A stretch of 64,000 nucleotides of DNA, taken from positions 12,354-76,353 of the forward strand of contig JAZQGR010000066.1 in NCBI GenBank assembly GCA_045540115.1. Reading direction: 5' to 3'. The position numbers were made by a program, and so were the translations under genes. The notes under the pieces are model-generated. The model saw only the letters and a program-made list of their open reading frames with translations. It did not search any database and had not been told where the DNA came from. The number at the start of each line of letters is the position of its first letter. The first letter of the stretch is position 1. Below are positions 8,838-19,188 of the stretch, piece after piece. This stretch comes from Eubacteriales bacterium. Its GTDB lineage: Bacteria > Bacillota > Clostridia > Oscillospirales > CAG-272.

Positions 8838-9812
8838 ATGAGCACGTGTATCAACAAAAGGGTCTTCTGCGCCTGTGCGTCGCTTTTGCTTGCGGCGTCA
8901 CTTGCAATTTCCGCGTCTGCCGCTGCTGCGCCCGAAAAAGGAACGCTCGTTATTTTGGGCGATTCCATAGGAACGGGACACAGCCTTCCCGACTACAACA
9001 GCGAGGGAGATCCGAAGTCGAAATATTCGTGGGCGACACTGCTTTCGAAAAAATACGGCGCGAAGCAGATAAATCTTGCTGTCGACGGCGACACGACCTC
9101 CGACCTTCTTGAGGTCGTAAATGACGCGTCAAAGCGCAGAGTGATAGCTGACGCCAAGGTGATCTGCATCTCTGTCGGCGGAAACAATTTCCTTCAGCTT
9201 ATGGGAAGATTGGCTCTGAGCGGTACGATTTTTGACGGCGAGGCGGTCGAAAGCGCCTACGTTGAGATGGAGACGGCGGCGGAACGTGATCTTGACGCGA
9301 TCTTTGCCGAGCTGAAAAAGATAAATCCCGACGCGAAGGTGCTTGTTCAGACTTTGTTTGAGCCGTACCGCTATTTTGAGATACAGGTGACGCCCGAGCA
9401 AACGGTTGCCGAATGGATGGGCGCGTTCATTGACCGATATAATGCCGTCCTGACGGCAAAGGCAGAGTCTCACGGCTTCACGGTCGTTGACGTTGCGAAA
9501 AAGTTTGAAGCCGACGGACAGAAAAGCTGGGTGTATACCTCTATGAGCGAGGGAACGCTTGCTGAAGCCATTATAGCGTTCGCAACCGCGAATCCGCATC
9601 CGACAAAGGACGGTCACAAGGGTATCTTCGATGCCTACTGCGAAACGGCGGGAAATATTTTCACGGCGGCGTTCGGAGACGAAAACACCTCGGGAGCTCG
9701 CGCCTCGGGCTCGGATAATAAGCATATCGGGCTGATCGTCGGGATCGGCATCGGCACAATTCTAATCGGTAGCGCGTGCGCGCTGATACTCGCAAAGAAA
9801 AAACGCAGTTAA
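8838..9812 (+). CDS. Secreted, membrane-anchored SGNH/GDSL hydrolase
   Basis: Signal peptide, GDSI, GGNN, NPHP (DxxH variant), C-terminal TM plus KKKRS. Confidence 0.85.
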   Translation: MSTCINKRVFCACASLLLAASLAISASAAAAPEKGTLVILGDSIGTGHSLPDYNSEGDPKSKYSWATLLSKKYGAKQINLAVDGDTTSDLLEVVNDASKRRVIADAKVICISVGGNNFLQLMGRLALSGTIFDGEAVESAYVEMETAAERDLDAIFAELKKINPDAKVLVQTLFEPYRYFEIQVTPEQTVAEWMGAFIDRYNAVLTAKAESHGFTVVDVAKKFEADGQKSWVYTSMSEGTLAEAIIAFATANPHPTKDGHKGIFDAYCETAGNIFTAAFGDENTSGARASGSDNKHIGLIVGIGIGTILIGSACALILAKKKRS

Positions 9813-9826
9813 TGGAGGAGCAGATT

Positions 9827-10351
9827 GTGAAACACGTTCTTGTAGTTGTAGATATTCAAAAGGACTTCGTCGACGGTGCTCTCGGCACTAAAGAGGCAGT
9901 TTCGATGATAGACAACGCGGTGAATAAGATCCGCGAATTTGAAGGCGAAATTTTCGTAACCTACGACACGCATTTTGAGGATTATATGAATACTGCCGAG
10001 GGCAAAAAGCTTCCCGTTCCGCATTGCATCAAGGGGAAAAGCGGCTGGGAGCTTGATAAGAATGTCGCCGCGGCGCTTGAGGGTAAGGATTTTACGACTG
10101 TTGAGAAGCTGACGTTCGGCTCGGTCGACCTGCCTGCACTCGTAAATGAAGCCGTCGGAGAGGAGGATTTTGATATTACGCTCATCGGTCTCTGCACCGA
10201 TATCTGTGTCGTGTCGAACGCCCTTATTTTGAAGGCGAGCTTCCCCGAAAGGGAGGTTTACGTCGATTCCTCCGCTTGCGCGGGCGTGACGGTCGATAGC
10301 CATAACGCGGCTTTGATTACGATGAAAATGTGCCAGATAAACGTGATATAA
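9827..10351 (+). CDS. pncA: Isochorismatase-family cysteine hydrolase (nicotinamidase-like)
   Basis: VDIQKDF, DTH, PHC, GLCTDICV motifs; GTG start after GGAGGAG. Confidence 0.8.
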   Translation: MKHVLVVVDIQKDFVDGALGTKEAVSMIDNAVNKIREFEGEIFVTYDTHFEDYMNTAEGKKLPVPHCIKGKSGWELDKNVAAALEGKDFTTVEKLTFGSVDLPALVNEAVGEEDFDITLIGLCTDICVVSNALILKASFPEREVYVDSSACAGVTVDSHNAALITMKMCQINVI

Positions 10352-10366
10352 ATTGATGCAAACATC

Positions 10367-10395
10367 TTTACAAATCGGATAACAAGTGCTATAAT
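10367..10395 (+). promoter_or_regulatory. Sigma-A promoter of nagB
   Basis: TTTACA-17nt-TATAAT with TG extension. Confidence 0.65.
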
Positions 10396-10430
10396 TTAAG
10401 CGTAATTTTATACTTTGAAGGAGAAAAATC

Positions 10431-11216
10431 ATGAAACTTATCATCAAAGACAACTACGCGGCAATGAGTGAATGGGCAGCGCAGCACATCGCGAATGCCA
10501 TAAACAATCACAAAGAGGACCGTCCCTTTGTTCTCGGACTTCCGACAGGCTCTTCCCCCCTCGGAGTTTATAAGAGACTTGCCGAGATGAACAAGGCAGG
10601 CGAGGTTACCTTCAAGAACGTCGTTACCTTCAATATGGACGAATACGTTGGACTTCCCCGCGAGCACGACCAGAGCTACTGGTACTTTATGCACGACAAT
10701 TTCTTCAACCACATCGATATTCCCGCAGAAAACGTAAACATTCTTAACGGTATGGCGGAAGATCTCGAGGCTGAGTGCCAGAGATACGAGGACAAGATCG
10801 CGTCCTACGGCGGAATCGACCTCTTCCTCGGCGGAAGCGGCGTTGACGGACACATCGCGTTCAACGAGCCCTTCACCTCTCTTACCTCCCGTACAGGCGT
10901 TCGCGCTCTTACCGAGGATACCCTTATCGTAAACTCCCGTTTCTTCGGAAACGATCCCGAGAAGGTTCCGAAGACCGCGCTTTCCGTTGGTGTCGGCACC
11001 GTTTGCGACTCCAAGCAGGTTCTCCTCCTCATCAGCGGACACAACAAGGCACGCGCTCTCCGTCATTGCGTTGAGGGTGGCGTTGACCATGCTTGGACGA
11101 TCAGCGCTCTCCAGCTTCATAAGGACGGCATCATTGCTTGCGACGAGGCTGCTTGCGGCGAGCTCAAGGTGGATACCTACAAGTACTTCAAGGAAATCTA
11201 CAAGAACGAAAAGTAA
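10431..11216 (+). CDS. nagB: Glucosamine-6-phosphate deaminase
   Basis: [27 protein letters not shown] motifs. Confidence 0.97.
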   Translation: MKLIIKDNYAAMSEWAAQHIANAINNHKEDRPFVLGLPTGSSPLGVYKRLAEMNKAGEVTFKNVVTFNMDEYVGLPREHDQSYWYFMHDNFFNHIDIPAENVNILNGMAEDLEAECQRYEDKIASYGGIDLFLGGSGVDGHIAFNEPFTSLTSRTGVRALTEDTLIVNSRFFGNDPEKVPKTALSVGVGTVCDSKQVLLLISGHNKARALRHCVEGGVDHAWTISALQLHKDGIIACDEAACGELKVDTYKYFKEIYKNEK

Positions 11217-11222
11217 TATGAT

Positions 11223-11249
11223 AAAAAGCACCCGAAAGGGTGCTTTTTT
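11223..11249 (+). terminator. Intrinsic terminator
   Basis: AAAAAGCACCC-GAAA-GGGTGCTTTTTT. Confidence 0.9.
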
Positions 11250-11251
11250 GG

Positions 11252-11286
11252 TGAATAATGAATAATGAATGATGAATAATGAATAA
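11252..11286. repeat. Heptamer tandem repeat (TGAATAA)x5, one variant unit
   Basis: TGAATAA TGAATAA TGAATGA TGAATAA TGAATAA. Confidence 0.9.
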
Positions 11287-11299
11287 TTGTCGTGCGAAG

Positions 11300-11612
11300 C
11301 ATCGAGACGTTGTTAGCCTTCCCCAGCGGGGGAAGGGGGACCGCAGACGCTGCGTCTGCGGTGGATGAGGTGTTCCAAGGGGATGTAACATCGTTTCAAA
11401 ACGGACAGTCGAGGTGAGGGGTTCCCCGAAGCGAATAAAATGAGCTTTGGGGGTTCCGAGGTTGCCTGTCCCTACAAACAACGTATCGAAGCATCGGGAA
11501 GTCATCTCGCCTTCCCCAGCGGGGGAAGGGGGACCACCGAAGGTGGTTGATGAGGTGTCCCGAAGGAATGTTACATTGTTTATACGCGGGCGACCAACGC
11601 TCGCCCGTACAA
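11300..11612. repeat. Mosaic REP-like array, 2 units, one GTAG-REP with a 47-nt insertion
   Basis: GCCTTCCCCAGCGGGGGAAGGGGGACC at 11317 and 11509; REP GGACAGTC..CCTGTCCCTAC interrupted at 11411-11457. Confidence 0.88.
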
Positions 11613-11736
11613 GGTGCTTCCAAACGTTTTTGCGTGATGTTGCTTCACATCAAATATTTCCCGAAATCCGTTGACAAACACCTGCAAAAATGATAATATG
11701 ACCTTGACATCACCATCTCTGAAGGGAGACAAAAAT

Positions 11737-13728
11737 ATGAGCAGGATTCTTCTTGGCGCAAACTATTACCCCGAGGACTGGGACGACGAGCTTCTTGATT
11801 TTGATATCGAAAAAATGAAGGAAACGGGCTTCAACGTTGTAAGAATCGCGGAATTTGCGTGGAAAAGAATGGAGCCGAGCGAGGGCGAATACGATTTCGG
11901 CTGGCTTCACCGCGTAGTTGACAAGATGAAGGCGGCAGGCATCGGAGTAATTATGGGTACACCGTCGGCAACGCCTCCGAATTGGCTTGTCAAAAAGTAT
12001 CCCGATATGCTTTCTCTTATGCCGAACGGACGAAAGAGAAGCCACGGCGGACGCCGTCATTGCTGCTCGAACAATCCTCATTATATAGAGTACAGCGCGA
12101 AGATCGCCGAAAAGCTCGCGAGCGAGTTTGAAAACGATGACGGCATCATTGGCTGGCAGATCGATAACGAGATATACCATTGGCCCGACGCAAACGGAAG
12201 CTGGCAGGCAGCTTGCTGCTGCGAGCATTGCGTAAACGCCTTCCATAAGCATCTCCGCGAAAAGTACGGCGACGCCGAGGGCGTGAATAAGGCGTGGAAC
12301 CTGAATCTTTTCAGTCAGGCGTATGACGATATCGACGATATTCCTGCGCCCTTCAATACGTGGCACAACCCGCATATTCAGCTTGAATGGAACCTCTCGC
12401 AGAGAAATGCGCACGTTCGTTTTGTTCACATGCAGGCGGATATCATCAGAAAGTATCACAAGGCGCCGATCGGTACCGATACGATGCCGGTAAACGGCTT
12501 CGATTACAGAGAACTGAACGACCGTCTCGACGTCGCACAGTTTAACCATTACCGTGTCGACCACAGACATAACGCCTTCTATATGGACTATATGCGCCAT
12601 TTCTCGAAGATCCCATTCTGGAACACCGAGACGCAGGCGTGCTGGAACGGCTCGACCTGTATGGGACATCAGATTCAGGGAGAGGGCTTCATTTACATGA
12701 ACACCTGGCTTCCTATTATGCTCGGAGGCGAGGCGAATCTCTATTGGCTCTGGCGAACCCATTGGGCAGGACACGAGCTTATGCACGGTGCGGTTCTTGA
12801 CACCTCGGGAAGATTCACCTACGCGAACGGCGAGATCCGAAAGGCATCTGCCGAGTTTGAGCGCGTAAAGGATTTTCTCCCCGAATACAAGGTCGAAAGC
12901 GACACCGCGCTCCTTTTTACCTCGCTCAACTGGAACATCAAGACGACTCAGGACATAACCATGAGAAATCTCATAGCAGACGAGCTCGGATTGACCTACG
13001 AAATGTATATGTACCTGCTTTCAGCAGGCATACACACCGACGTTATTGACGCGAAGGAGTGCCTTGACAAGTATAAGCTTATCTTCACGCCGACGATGTA
13101 TACCTTAGAGGAGCATTCCTTCGGCGAGCGTATTGAAGAATGGGTAAATAACGGCGGCGTATGGGTAACGGGACCGCTGACCGATATCCGTACATCGATC
13201 GGTACGAAGTACAAGACCTCGCCCTACGGTTATCTTGAAAAGATCCTTGACGAGCGCCTTACCTATATGATGCCCGACGACGAGGGCAGGATCATCCTCG
13301 AAAACGATGAGGGCAGAGCTGTTCGCGGCAGAGGCGTTTACGAGCTGTTTGACCTGAATGACGCCACTCCGATCCTTACAGTCAAGGAAGGACATTCCGC
13401 ACTTGTCGGAAAATGCGCATCGTTTGTCAAGAAGATCGGCAAGGGATACGTTCTCATGCTCGGTACAATGCCCGAGCACAGCGAGCTGATCCGAATCATA
13501 AAGAAGGCATCTGAGCTTGCAAGCGCCGAAAGATATGACGTCGACGAGGGCATTATGGTGACGAGACGAGTCAAAGACGGCGACACGCTTTATATCGTTG
13601 CGCAGATCGCGAACAGAGCGGGAGAATACCGCTTCGACGGTGAGCTTGTCGATATCCTGACAGGCGAGAGCTTCAAGGAAAAAATGTCGCTCAAGCCATA
13701 CGAATTACGTATCGTAAAGAAAAAATAA
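11737..13728 (+). CDS. Beta-galactosidase, GH42
   Basis: GANYYPEDW, RIAEFAW, WQIDNE acid/base, NTETQ nucleophile; GGGAG RBS before ATG 11737. Confidence 0.92.
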   Translation: MSRILLGANYYPEDWDDELLDFDIEKMKETGFNVVRIAEFAWKRMEPSEGEYDFGWLHRVVDKMKAAGIGVIMGTPSATPPNWLVKKYPDMLSLMPNGRKRSHGGRRHCCSNNPHYIEYSAKIAEKLASEFENDDGIIGWQIDNEIYHWPDANGSWQAACCCEHCVNAFHKHLREKYGDAEGVNKAWNLNLFSQAYDDIDDIPAPFNTWHNPHIQLEWNLSQRNAHVRFVHMQADIIRKYHKAPIGTDTMPVNGFDYRELNDRLDVAQFNHYRVDHRHNAFYMDYMRHFSKIPFWNTETQACWNGSTCMGHQIQGEGFIYMNTWLPIMLGGEANLYWLWRTHWAGHELMHGAVLDTSGRFTYANGEIRKASAEFERVKDFLPEYKVESDTALLFTSLNWNIKTTQDITMRNLIADELGLTYEMYMYLLSAGIHTDVIDAKECLDKYKLIFTPTMYTLEEHSFGERIEEWVNNGGVWVTGPLTDIRTSIGTKYKTSPYGYLEKILDERLTYMMPDDEGRIILENDEGRAVRGRGVYELFDLNDATPILTVKEGHSALVGKCASFVKKIGKGYVLMLGTMPEHSELIRIIKKASELASAERYDVDEGIMVTRRVKDGDTLYIVAQIANRAGEYRFDGELVDILTGESFKEKMSLKPYELRIVKKK

Positions 13729-13739
13729 GGAGAATTATC

Positions 13740-14384
13740 ATGGCAAAAAGAATACTTTTTCAGGGCGATTCAATAACCGATTGCGGACGCAATTACGACA
13801 GCGCCTACGGAATCGGTCTCGGTTATCCGAAGCTTGTGGAGGCGACGCTCGGCGCCGATTTCCCGAATGAATACGAGTTTATTAACCGCGGGATCAGCGG
13901 CAACAGAATCGTCGATCTCTATGCTCGCATCAAGGCGGATTTTATCAACCTCAAGCCCGATTATGCGAGTATTTATATCGGCGTAAACGACGCGTGGCAC
14001 GAAATAAACAATCAGAACGGCGTCGATACCGCGAAGTTTGAAACGATATACACGATGATGATCGACGAGATCAAGAAAGCCCTTCCCAATATCAAGCTAA
14101 TTATAATTGCACCCTACGTTCTTCCCGGAAGTGCGACCTGCGATACCGAGGAGATCCCCGATCGACTTTCGCGCTTCAGAACCGATGTCGGAGAAAAGGC
14201 GGCGGTCTCGAAGAAGATCGCGGAAAAGTACGGGCTCCCGCTTATCGAGCTTCAGCCTGTCTTTGATGCGGCTTGTGAAAAGGCGGAGCCAAAGTATTGG
14301 ACGCCCGACGGTGTTCATCCCTCGGCAAAGGGACACGAGCTTATTAAGAGGCTGTGGATAGAGGCATTTGAGAAGATTAAATAA
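13740..14384 (+). CDS. SGNH/GDSL hydrolase (carbohydrate acetylesterase-like)
   Basis: FQGDSITD, NRGISG, GVND, DGVHP. Confidence 0.92.
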   Translation: MAKRILFQGDSITDCGRNYDSAYGIGLGYPKLVEATLGADFPNEYEFINRGISGNRIVDLYARIKADFINLKPDYASIYIGVNDAWHEINNQNGVDTAKFETIYTMMIDEIKKALPNIKLIIIAPYVLPGSATCDTEEIPDRLSRFRTDVGEKAAVSKKIAEKYGLPLIELQPVFDAACEKAEPKYWTPDGVHPSAKGHELIKRLWIEAFEKIK

Positions 14385-14385
14385 C

Positions 14386-14415
14386 AAAAAGCACCTGCGA
14401 GAGCGGGTGCTTTTT
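14386..14415 (+). terminator. Intrinsic terminator
   Basis: AAAAAGCACCTGC-GAGA-GCGGGTGCTTTTT. Confidence 0.85.
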
Positions 14416-14471
14416 AGATAATAAAGAATAGAGAACAAATAATAAATAGGGTAGAGCCGTTCTTTATGAAA

Positions 14472-14575
14472 GCATCGGGACGTTCTCTTGCCTTCCCCTC
14501 AGGGGAAGGGGGACCGCAGACGTTGCGTCTGCGGTGGATGAGGTGTTCGGGAAGGATGTAACATCGTTTTTTGCG
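14472..14575. repeat. Single unit of the REP-like family
   Basis: GCCTTCCCCTCAGGGGAAGGGGGACCGCAGACGTTGCGTCTGCGGTGGATGAGGTG..GATGTAACATCG. Confidence 0.85.
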
Positions 14576-14612
14576 GCGATCCTTGTGAACACCCGAAGCG
14601 GCAAATCCCGCC

Positions 14613-14641
14613 TTGACTTTGGGGGTAAAGTGTGCTATCAT
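14613..14641 (+). promoter_or_regulatory. Sigma-A promoter
   Basis: TTGACT-17nt-TATCAT with TG extension. Confidence 0.6.
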
Positions 14642-14672
14642 AATCGATAGTTAAAAATGGGAATAATGTGAT

Positions 14673-15485
14673 ATGAGCAAGATTTATACTAAAAACGATA
14701 TACACGGACAGCTTGAAAAAATGGGCGCGCCGAGGAGCTCGGTCGTGCTTATGCACTCATCTCTTCGCGCGGTCGGGGAAGTCGAGGGCGGAGCCGAAGG
14801 GCTCCTTGACGCGCTGATCGAATTTTTCACGCGCGATGGCGGACTTTTTTGCGTGCCGACACATACATGGGCAATGCTCGGTGAGGAGATCACCCTCGAT
14901 ACGACCTCGGACAAGACCTGCCTCGGTGCTTTTTCAACTGTCGCGATCCGTGACGGTCGGGGAATACGCTCTCTCCATCCGACACATTCGATGGTCGTCT
15001 TCGGAGACAGAAAAAAGGCTGAGGAATTTATATTAAGCGAGCCGTTTATTACGAGTGCAACCTCGCCTGAAAGCTGTTACGGAAAGCTTTATAAATGGGG
15101 CGGACACGTTCTGCTCGTCGGTGTCGGACATAACAGAAATACTTATATCCATTCGGTAGAGGAGATGCTGAATCTGCCGAACAGAATGGAAGAGAAGCCC
15201 GAGAAAACGGTTACGAGGCTGCCGTCGGGCGAGCTTGTTAAACGCGACATTCTTGAATTTAAGACCGACTATATCGACGACGTTTCGCTCCGCTTCGTCA
15301 AGTACGAAACGCCGTTCCGCTATCATAGATGTATCGTGGACGGCTTCATCGGCAACGCGCCGACACAGCTTTGCGACGCGAGAAAAATGAAAGAAACAAT
15401 AGAGCTGATATATAAGAACAGCGGCGGCATCGACGTCCTTTCCGACGAGAAGCCGATACCGCAGAAGTATTACGTCAGTAAGTAA
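14673..15485 (+). CDS. AAC(3)/YokD-family N-acetyltransferase
   Basis: VLMHSSL, GLFCVPT, RSLHPTHS, LLVGVG..NTYIH motifs. Confidence 0.85.
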   Translation: MSKIYTKNDIHGQLEKMGAPRSSVVLMHSSLRAVGEVEGGAEGLLDALIEFFTRDGGLFCVPTHTWAMLGEEITLDTTSDKTCLGAFSTVAIRDGRGIRSLHPTHSMVVFGDRKKAEEFILSEPFITSATSPESCYGKLYKWGGHVLLVGVGHNRNTYIHSVEEMLNLPNRMEEKPEKTVTRLPSGELVKRDILEFKTDYIDDVSLRFVKYETPFRYHRCIVDGFIGNAPTQLCDARKMKETIELIYKNSGGIDVLSDEKPIPQKYYVSK

Positions 15486-15655
15486 GATAATTATAACTGC
15501 AGCTCCTGAAAAGCGCCCGTTCGGGTGCTTTTTCTTTCCCTTTCCGCGATACTATTTGTTTTTATGAACATCCGTAATCGAATATAGATATTTTACTTTG
15601 GGATCATACTGTGATATAATTCAATGGTAGATTTTTTAATACGGTTGGTGAGCTT

Positions 15656-16342
15656 ATGGGTATTTTAGCAGACGCAATAGCTATCGCGGGAGGCGTTCTT
15701 ATCGGAAGCTGCTGGAAGAGCAAGCTGAAATTCAAGATAAACCAATATTTTGCGATAGCGGTAATGGTTATCAGTTTGCTTGGATTGATAGAAAACATAT
15801 TTACGATTTCAAATGAGCGGTTGTTCAGCGGCAATACTGTGATCGTCGTATTTTCATTGGTCGTCGGGGCGATCGTCGGCGATGCCTTGCGCCTTGAAGA
15901 GCTGGCAAACAATTTCGGAAAGGGCGAAAGCTCGGCAAAAAACGGATTTTGGGACGCGGTATTCCTTTTCGGAATAGGCGGTCTGCAGATCGGCGGGCCG
16001 ATTCTGATGGCAGCAACGGGAGATAATTCTCAGCTGTACCTGAAGGCGCTTGTTGATTTCCCGCTTGCGCTTCTTGTCGGCGCTTCATACGGAAAAGCCT
16101 CGATGCTTTCCTGTATACCGGTCGCGATAATTCAGGGCGTTATCGCGCTTGTTGCATATTTTTGCGGAGATTTTATTTCCGAGGCAATGCTGATGTCGCT
16201 TTGCGCTGTTGGGTTTATTCTTCTTTTCTTTACCGGCTTCAATATGATTCTCGGAACGGAAAATAAGATCAAGAGCACAAATATGATGCCAAGCGTTATT
16301 TTCGTGATAATATTTCAGGTGATTAAAGAGGTGATACTATGA
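15656..16342 (+). CDS. DUF554-like membrane protein
   Basis: Multi-TM; LFGIGGLQIGGP, LYLKALVD, C-terminal KSTNMMPS pattern. Confidence 0.75.
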   Translation: MGILADAIAIAGGVLIGSCWKSKLKFKINQYFAIAVMVISLLGLIENIFTISNERLFSGNTVIVVFSLVVGAIVGDALRLEELANNFGKGESSAKNGFWDAVFLFGIGGLQIGGPILMAATGDNSQLYLKALVDFPLALLVGASYGKASMLSCIPVAIIQGVIALVAYFCGDFISEAMLMSLCAVGFILLFFTGFNMILGTENKIKSTNMMPSVIFVIIFQVIKEVIL

Positions 16343-17262
16343 CTCTTCAGCAATGTGTATACGTTTTGAAAATACATGATACGGGGACATTCAGCGAGGC
16401 TGCAAGGCAGCTGTTTATCGCGCAGTCGGGATTATCGAACAGCGTCAAGCTTCTCGAGGAGGAGCTGAAAATTAAAATATTCGAGCGCACGAAAAACGGA
16501 GCGGTACTGACGAGCGAGGGAGCGGAATTTATCCGTTATGCTGAGCAGATGGTTGCACAGTCGGAGTTCATTTTGGACCGATACGGCTCGCAGTCGAAAA
16601 AGGATCGGCTCCACATCTCAACGCAGCACTATGATTTTATTGCTGACGTTTTTTGCGAATTTATCGATAAATGTCAAAGCGGCGGATATAACGTTTCACT
16701 TAAAGAAAAAATGACTCACGAGGTCATTTATGACGTTGAGACGGCGATGAGCGACGTTGGTGTTATAGCAGTCAAAAAAAGAGACTTTGAAATAATGATG
16801 CGATATCTGCAAACCAGAGATCTTTCGTTTTTTGAGCTTCTGAAAACGCCGCCGCATATGTTTGTGAAAAGCAGTCATCCGCTGTCGGGCAAAACCAGCG
16901 TGCATTACGGGGAATTGCAAGGGTACCCGTACGTTTCCTACGATCAGGGCAAGTATAATAACTCATCTCTTTTCACTGAGGAAATGTCGGATAACGTGGT
17001 AAGCGACAAGCATATTGTGATAAGTGACAGAGCGACCTTGATGAATATGCTTTTGAAAACCGACTGTTATACCGTCGGAACGGGTATTATGCCGTCTGAC
17101 CTGAACGACGGAAAAATTATTAGCATACCTATTGTCACGGACGAGGAATACAGCGTTGGTTACGTTGTAAAAAGAAACAGAGTCAATACCAAAATGGCGG
17201 AGCAGTTTATTTCTTTGCTGAACAGCTTCAGCTCGAGATATATCAGTAAAAAGAAGCCTTGA
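16339..17262 (+). CDS. LysR-family transcriptional regulator
   Basis: N-terminal HTH FSEAARQLFIAQSGLS..LEEEL..IFER; STQHYDF motif. Confidence 0.95.
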   Translation: MTLQQCVYVLKIHDTGTFSEAARQLFIAQSGLSNSVKLLEEELKIKIFERTKNGAVLTSEGAEFIRYAEQMVAQSEFILDRYGSQSKKDRLHISTQHYDFIADVFCEFIDKCQSGGYNVSLKEKMTHEVIYDVETAMSDVGVIAVKKRDFEIMMRYLQTRDLSFFELLKTPPHMFVKSSHPLSGKTSVHYGELQGYPYVSYDQGKYNNSSLFTEEMSDNVVSDKHIVISDRATLMNMLLKTDCYTVGTGIMPSDLNDGKIISIPIVTDEEYSVGYVVKRNRVNTKMAEQFISLLNSFSSRYISKKKP

Positions 17263-17317
17263 CCTGAGATCGAAAATGTGTTAAAATGTATCCCGTTGAA
17301 GCATACAGGAGAAGAAA

Positions 17318-18142
17318 ATGGGAAAATTTGACGGGATACTGATCTGCACCGACCTTGACGGCACCCTGTACCGTAACGACAAGACGGTGTCGAATGAAAA
17401 CAGGGAAGCGATAGAATATTTTAAAAACGAGGGCGGATATTTTACCTTCATCACAGGCAGAATGCCGAACTATTCGATGGACGCATACGAGTCGGCACAG
17501 CCGAACGCTCCCTTCGGATGCGTAAACGGCGGCGGTGTCTATGACAAGGTGAATGAAAAGTACCTCTGGACACACGGCGGAATGATCCCCGAGGTTTTGG
17601 AGCTTGTGCGCTTTGTGGATGAGAGCTTCCCGACCGTTGGGATTCAGGTCGTTACCTTTGATACGACCTATTTTTCCAAGCGAAACGAGGTCATCAAATG
17701 GTTTATCGAGGTCACGGGGCTTCCGAATATTGAGCGCCATTACGAGGACGTGACCGAGCCGATCGCAAAGATAATTTTTGCTATCGCTTATGAGGAAGAG
17801 ATGATAGCTGTCGAAAAGGCATTGAGAACCCACCCGAAGGCACATCTTTTCGATTTCGTGCGCTCCGAAAAGCACCTTTTTGAGATTCTCCCCAAGGGCG
17901 TGGATAAAGGGCTCGGCATCAGAAAGCTGACCGAATGCCTCGGCTGTGATATGAATAAGACCGTCGCAGTCGGGGATTTCGATAACGACGTCGGAATGCT
18001 GAAGGCGGCAAGATACGGTATCGCTGTCGCAAACTGCTCCGAAAGAGCTCGCGATGCGGCTGACTACGTTACGGTCAGCAACGAGGAGCACGCGCTCGCG
18101 CGGGTTATACGCGATATTGAAAGCGGGAAATATTTATTCTGA
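17318..18142 (+). CDS. Cof-type HAD-IIB hydrolase
   Basis: DLDGTL, ITGR, KG, GDFDND; promoter TTGACC-17-TAAAAT at 17259-17287. Confidence 0.93.
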   Translation: MGKFDGILICTDLDGTLYRNDKTVSNENREAIEYFKNEGGYFTFITGRMPNYSMDAYESAQPNAPFGCVNGGGVYDKVNEKYLWTHGGMIPEVLELVRFVDESFPTVGIQVVTFDTTYFSKRNEVIKWFIEVTGLPNIERHYEDVTEPIAKIIFAIAYEEEMIAVEKALRTHPKAHLFDFVRSEKHLFEILPKGVDKGLGIRKLTECLGCDMNKTVAVGDFDNDVGMLKAARYGIAVANCSERARDAADYVTVSNEEHALARVIRDIESGKYLF

Positions 18143-18162
18143 AACAACGGAGGAACGCAAAA

Positions 18163-19146
18163 ATGATAAAACGGATCTTATCCGTGCTGATGTGTATCTG
18201 CATTTGCATCGCCGCGCTTATCTCCTGCTCTCATGTCCACCGCTACAGCGAGAAAAATACAGCTGACGAGTACCTGAAAAAGCGTGCCTTCAGCTGTACG
18301 GAGCCGTCGGAATATTATTATTCCTGTAAATGCGGGGCGATCGGAAGCAAGTCGTTCACCGCAACGAAAAAGCACGATTTTTCGGCTGAAAAGCCGTTGT
18401 CGAAATATCTCTGCACCGATGCGACAGTCGACGAGAGGGCAACCTATTATAAATCCTGCGTAAATTGCGGCGAAAAGGGAAGCGAAACCTTCGTCTACGG
18501 TGAAAAGCTCCCGATCTTCAATAGCAGAAATATATTGGTTTTCGGCGACAGCTATTCGGCGTTCGGCGGATCGATACCGAGCGGATACGCCAAATATTAT
18601 CCGGCGGTCGGCGTGAGTGAGGTCGGTGATATGTGGTGGTCGGTTTTCGCAAAAAAGACGGTGTCAAAGATCGTCCGCAACGACGCGTGGAGCGGATCGA
18701 CTATATGCTATACCGGTTATAACGGAGTCGATTGCTCTGGAACCTCGTCCTTCATTTACCGATACAGAAAGCTGAAAAGCGAGGGCTTTTTCGATAGTAA
18801 CAAGATCGACACGGTCTTCATTCTCGGAGGCACGAACGACAGCTGGGCGAATGCGCCCCTCGGAGAAATGAAATACGAGGGATGGACGGAGGAGGATCTT
18901 TATAGCGTTCTCCCTGCAATATGCTATTTTGCGTATACTTTGAAAACCGATCTGCCCGAGGCAAGAATCGTATTCATAATAAACGATCTTATAAAGCCCG
19001 AGATTAAGGACGCAATGGAAAACGCGGCGAAGCATTACGGGATCGACTTTTTGCGTCTCCACGGCATAGCGATGGAGTCGAGCCACCCGAATAAGAGCGG
19101 TATGAAGAACATAAGCAATCAGCTCTTCGAGCTTTTGAATAAATAA
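18163..19146 (+). CDS. Lipoprotein: two Cys-rich repeats plus SGNH hydrolase domain
   Basis: Lipobox LISC; YYYSCKCG / YYKSCVNCG repeats; FGDSYS, GGTND, SHP. Confidence 0.85.
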   Translation: MIKRILSVLMCICICIAALISCSHVHRYSEKNTADEYLKKRAFSCTEPSEYYYSCKCGAIGSKSFTATKKHDFSAEKPLSKYLCTDATVDERATYYKSCVNCGEKGSETFVYGEKLPIFNSRNILVFGDSYSAFGGSIPSGYAKYYPAVGVSEVGDMWWSVFAKKTVSKIVRNDAWSGSTICYTGYNGVDCSGTSSFIYRYRKLKSEGFFDSNKIDTVFILGGTNDSWANAPLGEMKYEGWTEEDLYSVLPAICYFAYTLKTDLPEARIVFIINDLIKPEIKDAMENAAKHYGIDFLRLHGIAMESSHPNKSGMKNISNQLFELLNK

Positions 19147-19150
19147 AGAA

Positions 19151-19181
19151 ACCCGAGCGGAATTTTCCGCTCGGGTATTTT
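19151..19181. terminator. Terminator hairpin between convergent genes
   Basis: ACCCGAGCGGAA-TT-TTCCGCTCGGGT flanked by A and T tracts. Confidence 0.75.
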
Positions 19182-19188
19182 ATATTCG

